A stretch of 64,000 bases of DNA, taken from Basidiobolus meristosporus CBS 931.73. Taxonomy: Eukaryota; Fungi; Basidiobolomycota. The stretch covers positions 55,474-119,473 of the forward strand of contig MCFE01000240.1 of assembly GCA_002104905.1 (NCBI GenBank). The letters are read 5' to 3'. The position numbers and the translations under genes were made by a program. Positions 23,384 to 38,209 of the stretch are shown piece by piece. The notes under the pieces are model-generated. The model saw only the letters and a list, made by a program, of their open reading frames with translations, made no database searches and had not been told where the DNA came from. How positions within the stretch are numbered: position 1 is the stretch's first letter; each line of letters begins with the position of its first letter.

Positions 23384-25300
23384 CCCTATGAAAAATAATT
23401 TGGTCCTACTGCTGGATCCAATCCAGATCGGACATCAGGATCCCATTTGGAGACCATCATAATACCAACAACTTGGAATTAGTGACCCTTTTGACAATCT
23501 TATTATGAGATCATGACAGCATTTTGCTAACTTTACTGAAAATAAAGGTTTAGAACTTAACAGGGATTGATTAGTGCTGTGACAATAATTGTATGGTAAT
23601 GTTGCGGTCTTAATGCGCTCTCCAACTATCTTAAACAATCTAACTGGCCAGTGCATATAAATGCCTTATATGGCAAAAAACTTGATAGTATTTAGATGGC
23701 CTCTTTACAAGTCTCTGATGGCATTATCACAGCAATATGGGGGCCTGCAGCTAGTTCTGTGTAATGCTCCTATACTAATTTACCAAATGGTATTTCCTTT
23801 TTCTTTCTTGCCTTGTGCTTTTGATATATTCCACTGTAGAATCAACCCTTTTTATTTGTTCACCCACTACTACCTTGGGTCTTCCACATATAGCTCAGAT
23901 TCAAAAAACTATGACCTCCTGCTTACTAGCCACTACATATTCACACACATGTAGGTGTAATATCCAAATACAAGACTGTCTTAAACTCACATGAAAATTG
24001 ACCAAAAAGTGATGTAATAGTGCTGCATTGTTGAAGGTCAAACTGTTTGCCCCATGGACAAGACTACTTTGATTCAACTCCAAAAGAGAGGAGAACAAGG
24101 AACATGTGCCATTGTAGCAAGCCTCTCAGCCATGAGGCATGCAGACATCATAGGAAGTATTACTAGGATAATGGCCAGTGTTTTGCCACACAAGTCATAT
24201 TTGAATATTCATTGATCACAACTGTACCAACATTATCTTGCCAGCCACTTGATATTTCTGTAATGGCATCTGGCTATGGTTGTCACCCTAAGCAAACTGA
24301 GTTAGGAGAGTTTGTGATGCCTTTAGGCTCACCCCAGCCTTCTGAGTATGACACACTAAGAGATAGCTCTAAAGTAGCAGGCTCACCGATGGATTGTGAG
24401 CCTATTTTTCCTAACAACAATACCCTGTATGAGTCTGGCATAATCCCATTATGCAATGCAACAACAGCTGTGGAAAAAATGCTAAGGACACTTTATGGAG
24501 TCAAGTGGGCCCATTAATCCATCTATTGGGGAATGATGTGATGATGTGTCTAGAGAAGTGGCATGTTTCCACTAATATCAGTAGCTGGGTCTTTGAGGAC
24601 CTACAGCTACTTCTTGCCAAAATTACTGTGGGTTACAACTTACCATTTACATGGTATAAATGGAAAACCATAATGTGGCTGGCAACATATGACCCAGAGC
24701 AGCAAGGTAGATGAGTTAGCATAAAAAGGCAATTTGTCTACCACAGCCTCCACATCCTCCACTGTTGACAGAGTGGAGATCCCACCAACAGACAAGGCTA
24801 CAATGTTACAAACTTGTGCCACTATCACAATACCCTCAGTGGAATTATGGATCATTAATAGGCACACCAAGAGGTTGTAGCACTTCCTTAAGAGCAGTAC
24901 TTAAGAAAACACACTTGAATAGTGTAAGTTTTGTTGCAAAGACTGGCAGATGAGGTGCTAGACCCTGCAGTACCAGCAGAAGATCAGAACACATGGGAAG
25001 CAGTGAATGAACAGTTATATATAGAACTACTTGAGTTAGGAAGTAAGGAGTGCAAACAAGAGGCAATAGTCAATCAACTCACACAAATGTAGGAGGTAAA
25101 TCAGTGTCTGGGATTGGAAAGTGAGACAACAGGTAGAGTATCAACAAAAAGCTACTTACAAATTGTTATGATGCAAAATTCTGACAAAGTAATTTGTGAA
25201 ATCTGGGGAGCAATTATATTTTAATGGTCTTTCTGTAGTCACAGGATCTTAACTGTGTGATGGCCATTTGATGTGATCATCACAGTTATATTTCACAGGG
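23384..25300. mobile_element. Internally deleted and rearranged CACTA-like element (1.9 kb) with both termini
   Basis: Starts CCCTATGAAAAAT, ends ATTTCACAGGG; contains the subterminal region, an inverted transposase N-terminus and the ORF2 C-terminus. Flanks ACA/TGA do not match. Confidence 0.7.
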
Positions 25301-25578
25301 TGAAGGCTCAAAGATCACTCAGTTGAGTTACACTTTAGTGAGGTGGATGAGCTTGTAGAGACAAGCAATTTATTGACCACTGCCTCCACATCCTCCATTG
25401 TAGACAGAGTGGAGATCCCACTGACTGACAAAGCAACAATGTCAAGAACTCAAAAGATTATAAAAACACCTGCAGGTTGCAGCACTTCTTCAAGAGTAGT
25501 GCTCAGGAGAATGCACTTGAATATTGCAGGTCTTTATTGCAAAGACTGGCATATGAGGAGCCACCCCTTATGGTGCTG

Positions 25579-28500
25579 CCCTTTGAAAGATTATTGTAAT
25601 GATCCTGTCAAATGGTTGTCACAAATTTAATGTCCCACGACTAAGAGGTATTGATCCTGCCAGGACACCATCCAGAGAGTGTTGAAAAATAATTCACCCC
25701 AGATTTCACAAAAAACTTGGTCAAAATTTTTCAGCAAAACAATATACATGTGGCATTTGATTGGTTCCCTGCCAATTTGCTCACTTTCTAATCCTGGACA
25801 CTCTGTTGCGTCCAACATTTGTGTGCATTGATTGGCTATTGCCTCTTCTTCACACTCCTTATTTTCTGACTCAACTGTTTCTGTTACTTTTCTTGCTTAC
25901 AAATCAATTTAATTCTGCTGAAACTTCAGTTGTACCTCAATTGCCAAATGTATTGACCTATGCAAGTCCTTATACCCTTAACTGATATTAAGCCCAACCC
26001 CACACTCAACAAATAACTCCATTAAAATCCACTACTCAATAAGTATTTCAGCTGTAATGCTCTGGTTGCACAACTTTGGCAGGATCCCAAGTACTTTATG
26101 CACTGTTCATGCACTGGTTCCCACATGTCCTGGTCCTCAGCAGGCACTGCAAGGATTAGCACCTCATCTGCCAGTCTTTGCAATAAATGCTTGCAATATT
26201 CAAGTGCAGTCTCCTCAGCACTGCTTTTGAAGAAGTGCTGCAACCTGTAGGTGAGCCTATTAATGTTTTAAGATTTCACTGAAGGCATTGTGTGTTGAAA
26301 TATTTGGCTATTTGGTATCATTCTGCAGCTAAATATTTACTTAACAATTCTGGACTAGTCTTGGCCACTGTGGGACTAATTAAGAGCTCCAACTTTGCCA
26401 CTTTCTTCAGATCTATGATCTTATGATTATTCCCCTATAGTCAGGATCAAATTAGAACTAATACTAACTATTCTGTACTAACCCTAAAACTGCTACAGAA
26501 TGCTCCCAAATATTGAGAAACCCTCCTTACTTAGTGTTACAGCTGTATTACCTCTACAAAGGTATAAATACTGAGCTTCTTTATTAATAAACAACAGTTC
26601 AACTATTATCACTATTTCTTGATAAGTTCCTTATATCCAAATCACTTCTTAAATTGCAACAGGTTATGAGCCTTGATTGCCTTAATCTATTCTAAAGATG
26701 ACTTCAACCAGCAAACATAACAACACAAACATCTTTCATGTAAAGGAGAGGTTTGATGGAAAGAACTACTGACTTTGGAGAATCAAGATGCAGATCCATC
26801 TTGAGGAAAGGAAGCTTTGGAATATAGTAACAGGAAAACAAGTTGAGCCCAAAGGAACAGCAGAAGAAGTGGAGAAGTTTCAAGAGAAGGAGAGAAAGGC
26901 CTTCAATGCCATATGTATCAATGTGCAAGATTCCTTCATTGGACAAATCCATGCCTCAAATACTGCCAAAGCAGCATGGGAATCCTTACAGAAGATCTGT
27001 AGGGCAAAGTCAGTATCAAGCAAGCTATATTTGAAACAAAAGTTCCTCAACATGGGGAAGAAGCCAGAAGATGAAATGCTGCAACTCATTACCAAAATGG
27101 AGACACTTGCAGAAGAACTTTACAGTATCAATGCTGGTGTAGATGATGAAGAAAAGATACTCTGTCTGCTTTGCAGCCTACCAAACAAGTATGAGCTACT
27201 CATACTTTCTTTTGAAAGCAGAGAAGGCAACTTGACTGTAGACTATGTCAAAGGAAGACTTCTCCATGAAGAACTCAGACATAATGATCAAGCAGAGAAA
27301 ATTGAAGATAATGTTTATTCAGTTCAGAAAGGCACTCAGAAAAGTAGGGAAAACAAGAAAACCAAAGAAAACTTGGTTGCTGCAACTATTGTAAAAAGCC
27401 AGGACACTGGGCAAGAGAATGCAAGAAGAAACAAGCAGATGAAAAACAGAAACTAGAGCAGGCCAACCATACAACTACTGACAAACAGTTAATTGTAATG
27501 GTACAAGAGAGTGCAAGTAACCAAAGTAATGAATGGTGTATTGACTCTTGAGCATCACAGCATATTTGTGGTATAAAGGAGTGGTTCAAGAGATACATGA
27601 TGACGTTTGTTGATGACAAAACAAGATATACATGGGTGTACTTCCTCAAAACAAAGGATGCAGCTTTAGAGACGTTTAAGCACTTCAAGAACATGGCAGA
27701 AACACAAACTGGGTGCAAATTGAAGGTACTACAAAGTGACAATTGAGGAGAATACTGCTCAAAGGAGTTTGCAAAATACTGCTTGTCTACTGGTATACTT
27801 CAACAGACCACAGTTCCTCATACTCCACAGCAAAATGGAGTAGCAGAACATGCAAATAGAGCAATAGTAGAGATGGGAAGATCTATGCTACATGATAAGG
27901 AAATGGACTAGAAGTCTTGGGCTGAATCTGTTGCTACCGCTGTATACATCAAGAACAGATGCCCAACAACAGCACTACGTGACTCTACACCTTTTGAAGC
28001 ATATACAGGCAAAAACCAGATCTCCAGCACCTCAAGATCTTTGGCAGTGATATCTTTTATCACATCCCTGACAAAAAACATTCAAAGTTGGAACCAAAGA
28101 GTAGGAAAGGGAACATTCTTAGGTATTGTGAAGATACTAATGGGTATAGAGTATATGATGGCAAAATTCAGAAGCTGATCAAGAGCAGGGACGTTGTATT
28201 TGAGGAGAATTCAGATCAGAAAGCCACAGAAATCATTGGCCAGCTAACTGATGATGCAATCAACACTAATGAAAACAATACATACCAAATCCAGCCAGAT
28301 ACAGAAGATACTTCTACCAGTTCCAGATCAGAACAGATTATCCCAGTTAGGAGATCTACCAGAATAAGAAATGCCCCTAGAACCTGGTGGCAGACATCCA
28401 ATGATCATTTAAGAAGCTTATCTTGCCTTATGTGCCAAACCTCAGAATCTGGAACAGGCAATGCAAGGTCCAGATGCTACTAGGTGGCAACAAGCCATGC

Positions 28501-31500
28501 AGGAGGAGTACCAATCACTGATCAAGGCAATAATGTGGGAACTGGTAGATTTACCAAATGGGAGAAAGGCAATAGGATGTAGATGGGTCTGCAAGATCAA
28601 GATACCCTCAAATGGTGCCATTGATAAGTACAAGGCTAGATTGGTAGCTAAAGGCGATTCCCAGATACAGGGACTAGACTTTAAGGAAACATTTGCTCTG
28701 GTTGCCAAGTTTAACTCCATTAAGACAGTTCTAGTCCTGACAGCTGTACACAGTCTAGATCTACACCAAATGGATGTCAAAACAGCCTTTCTAAATAGGG
28801 GATTTGCAAGAAACTATAAATATGGAGCAACCAGAAGGCTTTACCAATCCAAAGTACCCCATAAGGTGGGCAAACTTAGAAAACTGTTGTATGGGCTTAA
28901 GCAGGCACCTAGAGCATGGTATAACAAGATTGACACATATCTAGAGGAAATTGGGTTCTGTTGTAGCATTGCAGATCACAGTGTATATGTAAAACAACTC
29001 AAAAACAGTGCAATCATCCTAGTTCTTTATATGGACAACCTAATTATAGCTTCAAGTGACCAAGAGGCACTTATGCAGAAAATCAGATCTATTCAGCAAG
29101 TTTGAGATGAAAGATCTTGGAAAATTGAGCTATTTTCTTGGAATTGAGGTCAAACTTGACATACCTACACAGAAAATTGTGCTGAATCAGTCTAAGTACA
29201 TCATAGACATTCTTAGACGCTTAAAAATGGAAAATTGCAAACCTGCAGCTACCCCTATGGACAATAACCTGAAATTAAGCAAATCTCAGTCAGGTACAGA
29301 TGAAATCGGCTTAAATATGGACCAAAACTTTCCATATCAATCAATGGTTGGTAGCCTAATGTACTTGGTGGTGTCTACACATCCTGATATTGCAGTGGCA
29401 GTAGGAATAGTCAGTCAATTCATGCAGAATATGGTTCAGATCAAATTGCAGCAGTTAAGCGGATTTTCAGATATCTACAAGGTACTATAAATATGGTACT
29501 GGAATACTCTGGAGCAGCTAATAGCCAAAAATTTGATGGTTATAGTGATTCAGATTGGGGTAGGGATCTGATAGACAGACGCTCTACCACAGGCTATGTA
29601 TTTCTTTATGCTGGTGCAGCTATTACTTGGAATTGCAAGAAACAACCAACTGTGGCCCTATCTACACCTGAAGCCAAATATATGGCTGCATGTCAAGCAA
29701 CTAAGGAGGCTTTATGGCTACAAAAATCATTCAAAGTCTTTGGTTTTAATTCAGATGAACCAACATGCATTTACAAGGATAATCAAAGTTATATTTCATT
29801 AGCTAGAAATCCTACTAATCATGCCAGAACTAAGCAAATTCATATACAGCATCACTTTGTGAGGGAAGCTGTATAAAATAACTTAGTAGAGTTAGTGTAC
29901 TGCCCAACTAACAAAATGGTGGCAGGTATATTGACAAAACCACTAGCTAGGCCACAATTTGAGAATCTCAGAGAGGAATTAGGATTAAGAAATTATTTAG
30001 CTGAGGGGGAGTGGTGAAATATTGAACTATTTGGTATCATTCTGCAGCTAAAAATCTACTTTACAATTCTGGACTAGTCTTGGTCACTGTGGGACTAATT
30101 AACAGCTCCAACTTTGCCACTTTCTTCAGATATATGATCTTATGATTATTCCCCTATAGTCAGGATCAAATTAGCACTAATACTAACTATTCTGTACTAA
30201 CCCTGAAACTTTTACAGAATGCTCCTGATTATTGAGAAACCCTCCTTACTTAGTGTTACAGCTGTATTACTTCTACAAAGGTTTAGATACTGAGCTTCCT
30301 TATTATTAAAAAACAGTTCAACTATTATCACTATTTCTTGATAAGTTCCTTATATCCAAATCACTTCTTACATTGCAACATTGTGATAGTCTTTTGAGTT
30401 CTTAACATTGTAACTGTGTCTGTCAGTGGGATCTCCACTCTGTCAACAATGGAGGATGTAGAGGCTGTGGTAGACAAATTGCCTTTTTCTGCAGACTCAT
30501 CTACCTTGCTGGAGTGTAGCTCAACTTGCAGTGCTTCCAACTCCTGTGACAACAGCTGTTTTTTTGCAAGTAATTCTTCTTGGCTATGATGGGCATCAGA
30601 CTGTTTCTGGATTGTGGCATTGACAGGCAAGAACTGCAGTTTTCCTTGCATGCCTCCATGTCTCAGGCTTGTGTAGACATTTCTCCCTTTACCTTTTCCT
30701 TCATTACCACCAGGTTTTTTGCTGCTACTTTATTGGAGTGCTTCTTGTAATGAACTAAGTTTTCTTGATAAATGTAGTGCTGATACATCCATGTCTGCCT
30801 GCTTGACCCTTATTGGCACTCTTCCAGCTACCTGACATCTCTTTGACATTTGTCTGGAGCTTTCAGCCCTGTTTGTAATGGACTCTTGAGGAAGCTGCTG
30901 GTTTTTAGCCATGGCACCCTTGTTCTTCTGCCCTTGATAGTTTCTGCTATTCTTAGGATACTTTCTTAGTAAATCAATGCCAGCCCAAAATCTGTTTGTC
31001 CATTGGAATTCAGGATAATGCTCATGGAACAAGTCAAGCACATTCTGCTTGGCCTTGAGCTCCTGATGGTCCCAAGGTATGCCGGCCTTAAGGTGATGGT
31101 ATGCTAGACTTCTGATGGCCTCTTGAGTATTTTGCTCACACTTCATTATTGCACTCAAAAGCTTCATAGATCTTCAATGTCTGTATATTTTTAGGCTTTG
31201 GTACAAACACCACACTGTCTGCCTCCCACATGGTGATAGGTTTTTCTGTTGGCTTTATCTTTGGGAACTGTTGCTGTGCTCCAAAGACTGTACGGTATTC
31301 CTGTGCTGTTACATCAGGCAACGGCTCAATTCTTGGCAGTGACATTCGGCTACTTGAGTTCCTTCTTTGCAGCAAAGATACTGCTTTTTCTACCTGGGAT
31401 AATGATTGCACTACTTGTATTATCCGCTCATCCTGTTTCTGGATTATTTCCTGACATTTCTAGGTCATTGCATCTATTCTGACAGCCACTGAACCTAATT

Positions 31501-32228
31501 GTTCCATTAATGCTTTGGTATGTGGTGAAAACATACTTGCTAATATGGGTGGTGGTATTGCTATAACAGCTACTTGCTGGTTTTCGATTCAGGGTACTGT
31601 GTTTACTACATTCTAATGTGCCTGAGCATAATGGTTGGTTTGTGGCTCTGCAGAGGTTCTCAATTGCCCATTTCAATGAGAGCCTGAGGAGTCCACATAA
31701 TTACTTTCAGTGGGCACAATGTTAACATGGCCTTTTTTGGATATAGCCCTGCTTGATGCACTGAATGTCAAAGCAATCTGTTGTCCAACTGTTCTTCTGC
31801 TGCCCTCATCCATGGGGCTTGATTAGGAACCAGACAACTTTGCTGTATTGTGTGGAGGCATATGTATAGAAGTGAGCCAAGTCAACAGAGAAATGGTGTG
31901 ACATATACATGTGTATATGATGCCACAACTTTATTTATAATGTGTACTATGATGGGTTGTCATTGAATCTTACATTCATGTTGGTGCAATGTCTCAAATA
32001 CAAAACTGTCTTAAATTCACATGAGTAGTAACCAAAAAGTGATGTAATAGTGCTACATTGCTGAAGGTCAAACTGTTTGCCCCATGGACAAGACTACTTT
32101 GATTCAATGCTGTAAGAGAAGAGAAAAAGACCATGTGGCTATTGTAGCAAGCCTCTCAGACATGAGGCATGCAGACTGCATAGGAAGTATTACAAGGATC
32201 AGCCAGTGTTTTGCCACACAAGCCATAT
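25579..32228 (-). mobile_element. CACTA-like copy C (ORF2-side terminus at 25579, ORF2 on minus, start of transposase), interrupted by copia B and truncated by copy D
   Basis: CCCTTTGAAA at 25579; ORF2 remnants 26022..26243, 30361..30651, 30730..31167, 31136..31411 and 31428..31676 match 50765-52718. Confidence 0.8.
26293..30380 (+). mobile_element. Ty1/copia family B with both LTRs (26293-26661, 30012-30380; 369 bp each), 5-bp TSD TTGTG; protease/pre-integrase deleted
   Basis: TTGTG at 26288-26292 and 30381-30385; PBS GGTTATGAGCC at 26662; PPT GAGGGGGAG at 30003-30011; gag 26788..27456; RT/RNase H 28461..29876 (QMDVKTAFL, GLKQAPRAW, YMDNL, YSDSDW). Confidence 0.95.
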
Positions 32229-34194
32229 CACTATGAAAAATTATTGAGGTAATCCCGGCAGCAGGCCATCACAAAGTTGAAGTCCTGTGACTAAGAGGTA
32301 CTGATCCCATCAGGACACTGTTCAGAAACCACTGAAAAGTAATTCCACCACAGATTTCACAAAAAACTTAGTCAAAATTTCTTATCACAATAATGTATAA
32401 GTGGCTTTTGATTGGTACCCTGGCAATTTGTTCACTTTCTGATCCCAGACACTCTATTGCCTCCCATGTTTGTGTGCATTGATTGGCTATTGCCTCTTTT
32501 TCACACTCTTCACTTCCTGACTCAAATGGTTCTCTTACTTTCCATGCATACAAATTGATTTATTTCCATTGAAACTTCAGTTATACCCCAATTGCCAATT
32601 GTATTAATTAATACAAGTCCATATACCCTGCACCAATATTGAGCCCAATTGCACACTCAACAACTAACTCCATCAAAATCCATCACTCAATAAGTTTTTC
32701 AGCTGTAATGCACTGGTTCCGTGACTTTGGTGGGAACCCAATGGCTTTATGCCACTGTTCATTCACTGGTTCCCACACATCCTGGTCTTCAGCCAGCACT
32801 GCAAGGTCTAGCTCCCCATCTGTCAGTCTTTGCAATAAATCCTTGCAATATTCCAGTGCATTTTCCTGAGCACTGCTCTTGAAGATGTGCTGCAAACTCT
32901 TGGTGTTCCTATTAATGTTCAAAAACTTCACTGAAGGCATTGTGATAGTCTTTTGAGCTCTTGACATTGTAGCCTTGTCGGTCAGTGGGATCACCATTCT
33001 GTCAACAATGGAGGATGTGGAGGCTGTGGAGGCTGTGATGGATGAATTGCCTTTTGCTGCAAACTCATCTACCTTGCTGGAGTGTAGCTCAACCAGTTGT
33101 GCTTCCAACTCTTGTGAAAGCAGCTGATTTCTTGTTGGTAATTCTTCTTGGCTACAATTGGATTCAATCTGTTCTTGGCTTGTGGTGTTAATTGGCAAGA
33201 GCTGCAGTTTTTCTGTATGCCTCCCTGTCTCAGGCTTGTGTAGACATTTTTCCTTTTTCCTTTTCCTTAATCACTGCCAGGTCTTTCACTGCTACTTTGT
33301 CTGAGTGCTTTTTGTAAAGACCAACGTTTTTTCCTGGATAAATTCTGCTCTGATGCATCTATTTTGGCATGCTTGTCCCTTGCTGGCACTCTTCTGGCAA
33401 CCTGACGTTTCTTTTCTGCTTGTATTGAGCTCTCAACCATAGTTGTGACAGGCTCCTGTAAAAGTGGCTGGTTTTTATCACTGCCAAGTCCTTCACAGCT
33501 ACTTTGACTGGGTGCTTCTTGAGTGGTACTACACTTTTTCCTTGACAGATGTTATGCTGGTTCATGCATGTCTGCCTGCTTGTCCCTAATTGACACTCTT
33601 CCAGCTACCAGACATCTCTTTGACACTTGTCTGGAGCTTTTAGCCCTGCTTGTAAGGGGCCCTTGAGGAAGCTGTTGGTTTTTAGCCGTAGCACCCTTGT
33701 TCTGCTGGCTTGATAGTTTCTGCTATTCTTAGGATACTTTCTTAGCATACCAATGCTGGCCCATAATCAGTTTACCTGTTTTAATCCAGGATAATACTCA
33801 TAGCGCAAGTCTAGTGCATTCTGCTTGGCCTTGAGTTCCTGATGGTCCCATGGTATGCTGGCCTTGAGGTGATGGCATGCTAGACTACTGATGGCCTCTT
33901 GTATATTGGCCCACACTTCATTATTGCACTCAATGGCTTCACATATTTTCCATGTCTTTTGATTTAGGCTTTAGTATAAGAACCACATTGTCTCCCTCCC
34001 GCACTGTGATAGGTTTTTCTGTGGGCTTTATCTTTGGGCACTGTTGTGGTGCTCCAAATACTGTGTAGTGTTCCCCTGCTGTTACATTGGGGAATGGCTC
34101 AATTTTTGGCTATGACATTAAGCTACTTGAGTTCTTTGTTTGCAGCAAAGATATTGCTTTCTCTACCTGGGATATTAATTGCTCTATACATATT

Positions 34195-37100
34195 AGACTT
34201 GTTCCACCGTACCGTGCCAGGGCGTGCGGCGCAATCCACGGTCATAAAGAACAATTGGGCGCAATATTATAGCTACCAGAAGGCAGGATTGTTCTTGGAC
34301 AATTTTGCACTATGCGGGACAATCTTGCACACTATGGCACAATCTGACACAATGAGGTTGGCGCGGATGATTGCGCCAAATTGTAATGTTTGCATCACGT
34401 GTGCAATTGGATACCGCTATAATGGCAGGTAAAATCCGGTATTTGGATATGTTTCTTTCATGTAAATGGAAATAAATGTGTATCACACTATAAACTACAC
34501 TGTTACTTACCATTTTGGTTACCCTCACTCCAATTGGACGGTATCTCAGTGGTTAATTGGTCCAAAAGTATCCTGAAGCTGGCAGCCCCCAATTGGCTCA
34601 TTGACTACTGAAAAAGCTACCTGATTTGCCATCAAATATCCCATTTTGCCCATTGAGCAAGTAAATCCCTGATCCTAGTGATTGGACAAGGTGTCATAGC
34701 TAGCACGCAAGCAATTGTATAGGTGCAAAACAGATCCAATAGCTGCACTGGTATTACAGATGACGTATATATATGCAGGGTGTTTATTTATAGGGGTTCT
34801 GTCTCAAATGTGAGACGACCTTGATATTACTTATATCAAAAATTTGATGATCACTGATTTGCAATGGCTCAATTTGGATTGGAAAAAAAAAGTGTTGTCG
34901 GGATCATTACAAATGTGAGCAATTCAAAGCAATCGCATCATCTTCTCCTGGGTTTTTTTCTCACAGGGATTACTACTGAAGCATTTGGTAGTGACTCACT
35001 TTGCACACCTATACTACTTCCTGGCTGACTATCATCTTGGCTACTTGTGTATTTGTAGTCAGTATTTTGCCTCATAGTCAATGAGTGCAATGCTGCAGCT
35101 TGGCCGCGCTGAATTGCTCCAACTGAACCAACTGAACTGGCCTGAAGTGCCACGCGCTGACATGTTCTTTTACTTGCCAAGGGCTCCGGTGGTTGAGGCA
35201 CTTCATGTTGGTCATCATCAGTCAGTTCACCGGAAGTAACTCGCTGATGGTCAGGCAAAATGGCACGCGCAGGCGCGCCTTGACACGTTGAGATGGCCCT
35301 TGGCTGATTTCAATGTGATGCCGCTTGTTGACGCAACTTGGTCCGCTCCAATGGACTGGTGTCTAAATGAGCAGTTTGGCAAGTTCTTGTAGTTTTGCTC
35401 TGAAGCGCGCGCGTTGACCCGACACGCATTGACTTGACGCAGGGCGTTCTGGTAAAGGGTGTTGGCATTGTCTGGACTGACATGCGCTGGCGCGCTGTGG
35501 TTGCAAGAGATGGTAGGGAATCCAGCAAGGCGTGCTGGTGCAATCTGGACAATGCTGCTTGCGGTCTGTATTCTTCCTCCTGAAGCTCACCATCTGATTC
35601 CTCAAGGTATTCACTTACCCTCTGTCTGATACTTTGGAGCTGTTGCCTGAATGAGTCCTGTGTATATTGCTCTTGGAAGCCACTTAGCTCTACTAATATA
35701 TCACGTAGTACATTAGTCATTTGAGGCAAAAACTCATTCAAAATCTCTTTGGTTCCCAAAGTTGAGGCACAAACGGACGCATCCAGCCCATACTGTGCAA
35801 ATTGCGCGCGAAATTGTTCCCGCGCGGCTTCTTTGTCAAATCCCCTCACTCTCAGCTCATTCTTGATTTCAATACTTGTCTTGTTATATATCTTTTTACA
35901 TTCATTGGCTGGCATCTTGATGTAGAACTCATGCCACAGCTTTCTACTCAAATTCTTCCATCTTTGTTGACTCTCTGAGGTATCTAGTTCTGCTAGATTA
36001 ATCAGTAGTGCCCAAATATCTGTATGAAGGCTCATCATAGACACTTGGGCCATACTAAAATCATTTGGCAAGAACTCAAACAGATCCAACATTGACTTCT
36101 CCAGTCCGGACCGCGCTTGTGAGCTGGGGGATGGGTTTTGTCTGGGTTGTACAAAAGATGAGTTGAGGCTTGGTATGGGGACCATAGCAACGGATTTGGA
36201 TACTTATACAGCAGTGTATTGGCATCAACCTGGTCTTATATGAAATATATATGAAAACTAATGTGATTGTTGAATTTTCCATATATTATGCATGATGCAT
36301 CTTGGATTGCGTTGACACGGATCAGATCACATCAATTGCAGATTTCCTATTTGATTATAGACCTATGATTAAAGCATCAATAAAAGTACCAAGGCATTGT
36401 TTGTGGATGATTTTTGCAACATAATGATGGGATACATGGCAATTGATGGAGATTTAACCATAATGTGTTAAAAATCAGATAAATAACCCAGATCGCGCCA
36501 AATTGATTCAAACCACCTCCATACAATCATCCATCAATTTTAATATGACTTACTCATCTGAATGGTCTTTTCTCATCAATCCCATCACTACCACTGGATT
36601 TCCTTTTGACACACTGGAGGAGATCTATACCAAGTACTGTAGACCATCAACCCCAATCTACTCAAGGAGATCCCTTGTTAAGCTTCTCTGCTATTACAAG
36701 AACTATTGCCCTACAAGGTTTCATCCCACCATCCATGGCAACAAAAGTCCTAGAAGCTTTCATTCCCAGCTGACAGCAATGGAGAACCACCTTGCAGAGG
36801 GTATGAATGACTTAGAGCAAGCTTGGAATACTAGGTTCAGAAGCTCCAATAGACTTCCATATCCCAGAGTGTTCAGCAACAGGTTCCATATCAGGAGTAT
36901 TTTGGATACCTTCCCAGTGAGGATTAACAGACCTTCTAGAGGGCAGAGGCACTTTTATTCTGGCAAGTACAAGGCATACTGTGTGAAGTTTCAAGCACTG
37001 TCTGACATTGAGGGTAACATCATCTGGTTTAGTGAGCCATTTGCTGGAAGTAGGCATGACAAAGCACTCTGGGTAGAGAATCATCCTGAATTTAGTAGAG

Positions 37101-37611
37101 GGGAGAAATATATGGCAGACTTAGCCTATATAGGAGAGGATTGTCAGAGATTATGATGTATTACAGCTTATAGCAAGCCAAGGAATGGTGTGCTTAGCAG
37201 GAAGCAGAAGCTCTACAATGAGATATTTAATCATTTCAGAGTAAGGGTAGAGCACACATTTGGATATCTGAAGAGATTCAGCATATTGGCAGGTAAATAC
37301 AGAGGAAAGTCATATATAGGTGAAAACAGCAGAATAGGTAAAATAGTTAAGATACTTATTAATGCACAGTATGTTCATACAAGAAGACATCCACTGAGAG
37401 AAATGTGTCTGGAGCATTATGAAGAGTAAATAAAGCAAGGAAAGCACTATTTTGAGCAACATAAGTAAGATTGAGTAAAATTACCAGTAGCTGTATCTTA
37501 CCACTGGCATCATGGTAGAAATTATAGTGCTAGATAGTGCCATAGAGTGCCAGATCAATCCAGCACTATAAACAGGCTGGCACTATGTGCACTATCCAAC
37601 GGAACAAGTCT
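34195..37611. mobile_element. Pangu-like copy 2 (3417 bp, opposite orientation to copy 1), TSD ATT
   Basis: AGACTTGTTCC ... GGAACAAGTCT; ATT at 34192-34194 and 37612-37614; ORF2 35310..36185 and 34938..35258 (minus). Confidence 0.93.
36545..37429 (+). pseudogene. Harbinger-like transposase of copy 2, one GGA->TGA stop at 37154
   Basis: ORFs 36503..37156 and 37190..37429 are near-identical to copy 1. Confidence 0.92.
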
Positions 37612-38209
37612 ATTATCTTTTCATCCTGTTTCTGGACTATTTTCTGACTTCACTGGGCCATTGCATCTATCCTATCAGCCACTGCACCTAATTGCTTCAT
37701 TAATGCTTTGGTATGAGCTGACAACAAACTTGCTAATATGGGTGGTGGTGATGTTATCATGGCCACTTGCTTATCTTCAACTGAGGGTACTGCATTTGCT
37801 ACATTCTCATCTGCCTGAGCATAATGGTCAGCTTGTGGCTCTGCCAAAGTTCCCAGTTGCTTACTTGACTGAGAGCCTGAGGAGTCCACATAATTACCTT
37901 CAATGGGCACACTGTCCACAGGGCCTTTTTAGGATGTAGCCCTGCTTGTTGCACTAAATGTCAAAGCAAGCTGTTGGTGGCATATATATGGAAGTGAGTA
38001 AAACCAAAGGGGAAATAGTGTTACATATACGTGAATATGTGGAGCCACAACTTTATTTATAATGCTTACTATGGTGGGTCATCATTGAGTCTTACATTCA
38101 TTTAGTTGCAATGTCTCAATTATAAGACTGTCTGAAGTTGATATGAGTATTTACCAAAAAGTGACATAATAGCGTTATGTTATTGAAGTTCAAACTGTTT
38201 GCCCCATGG

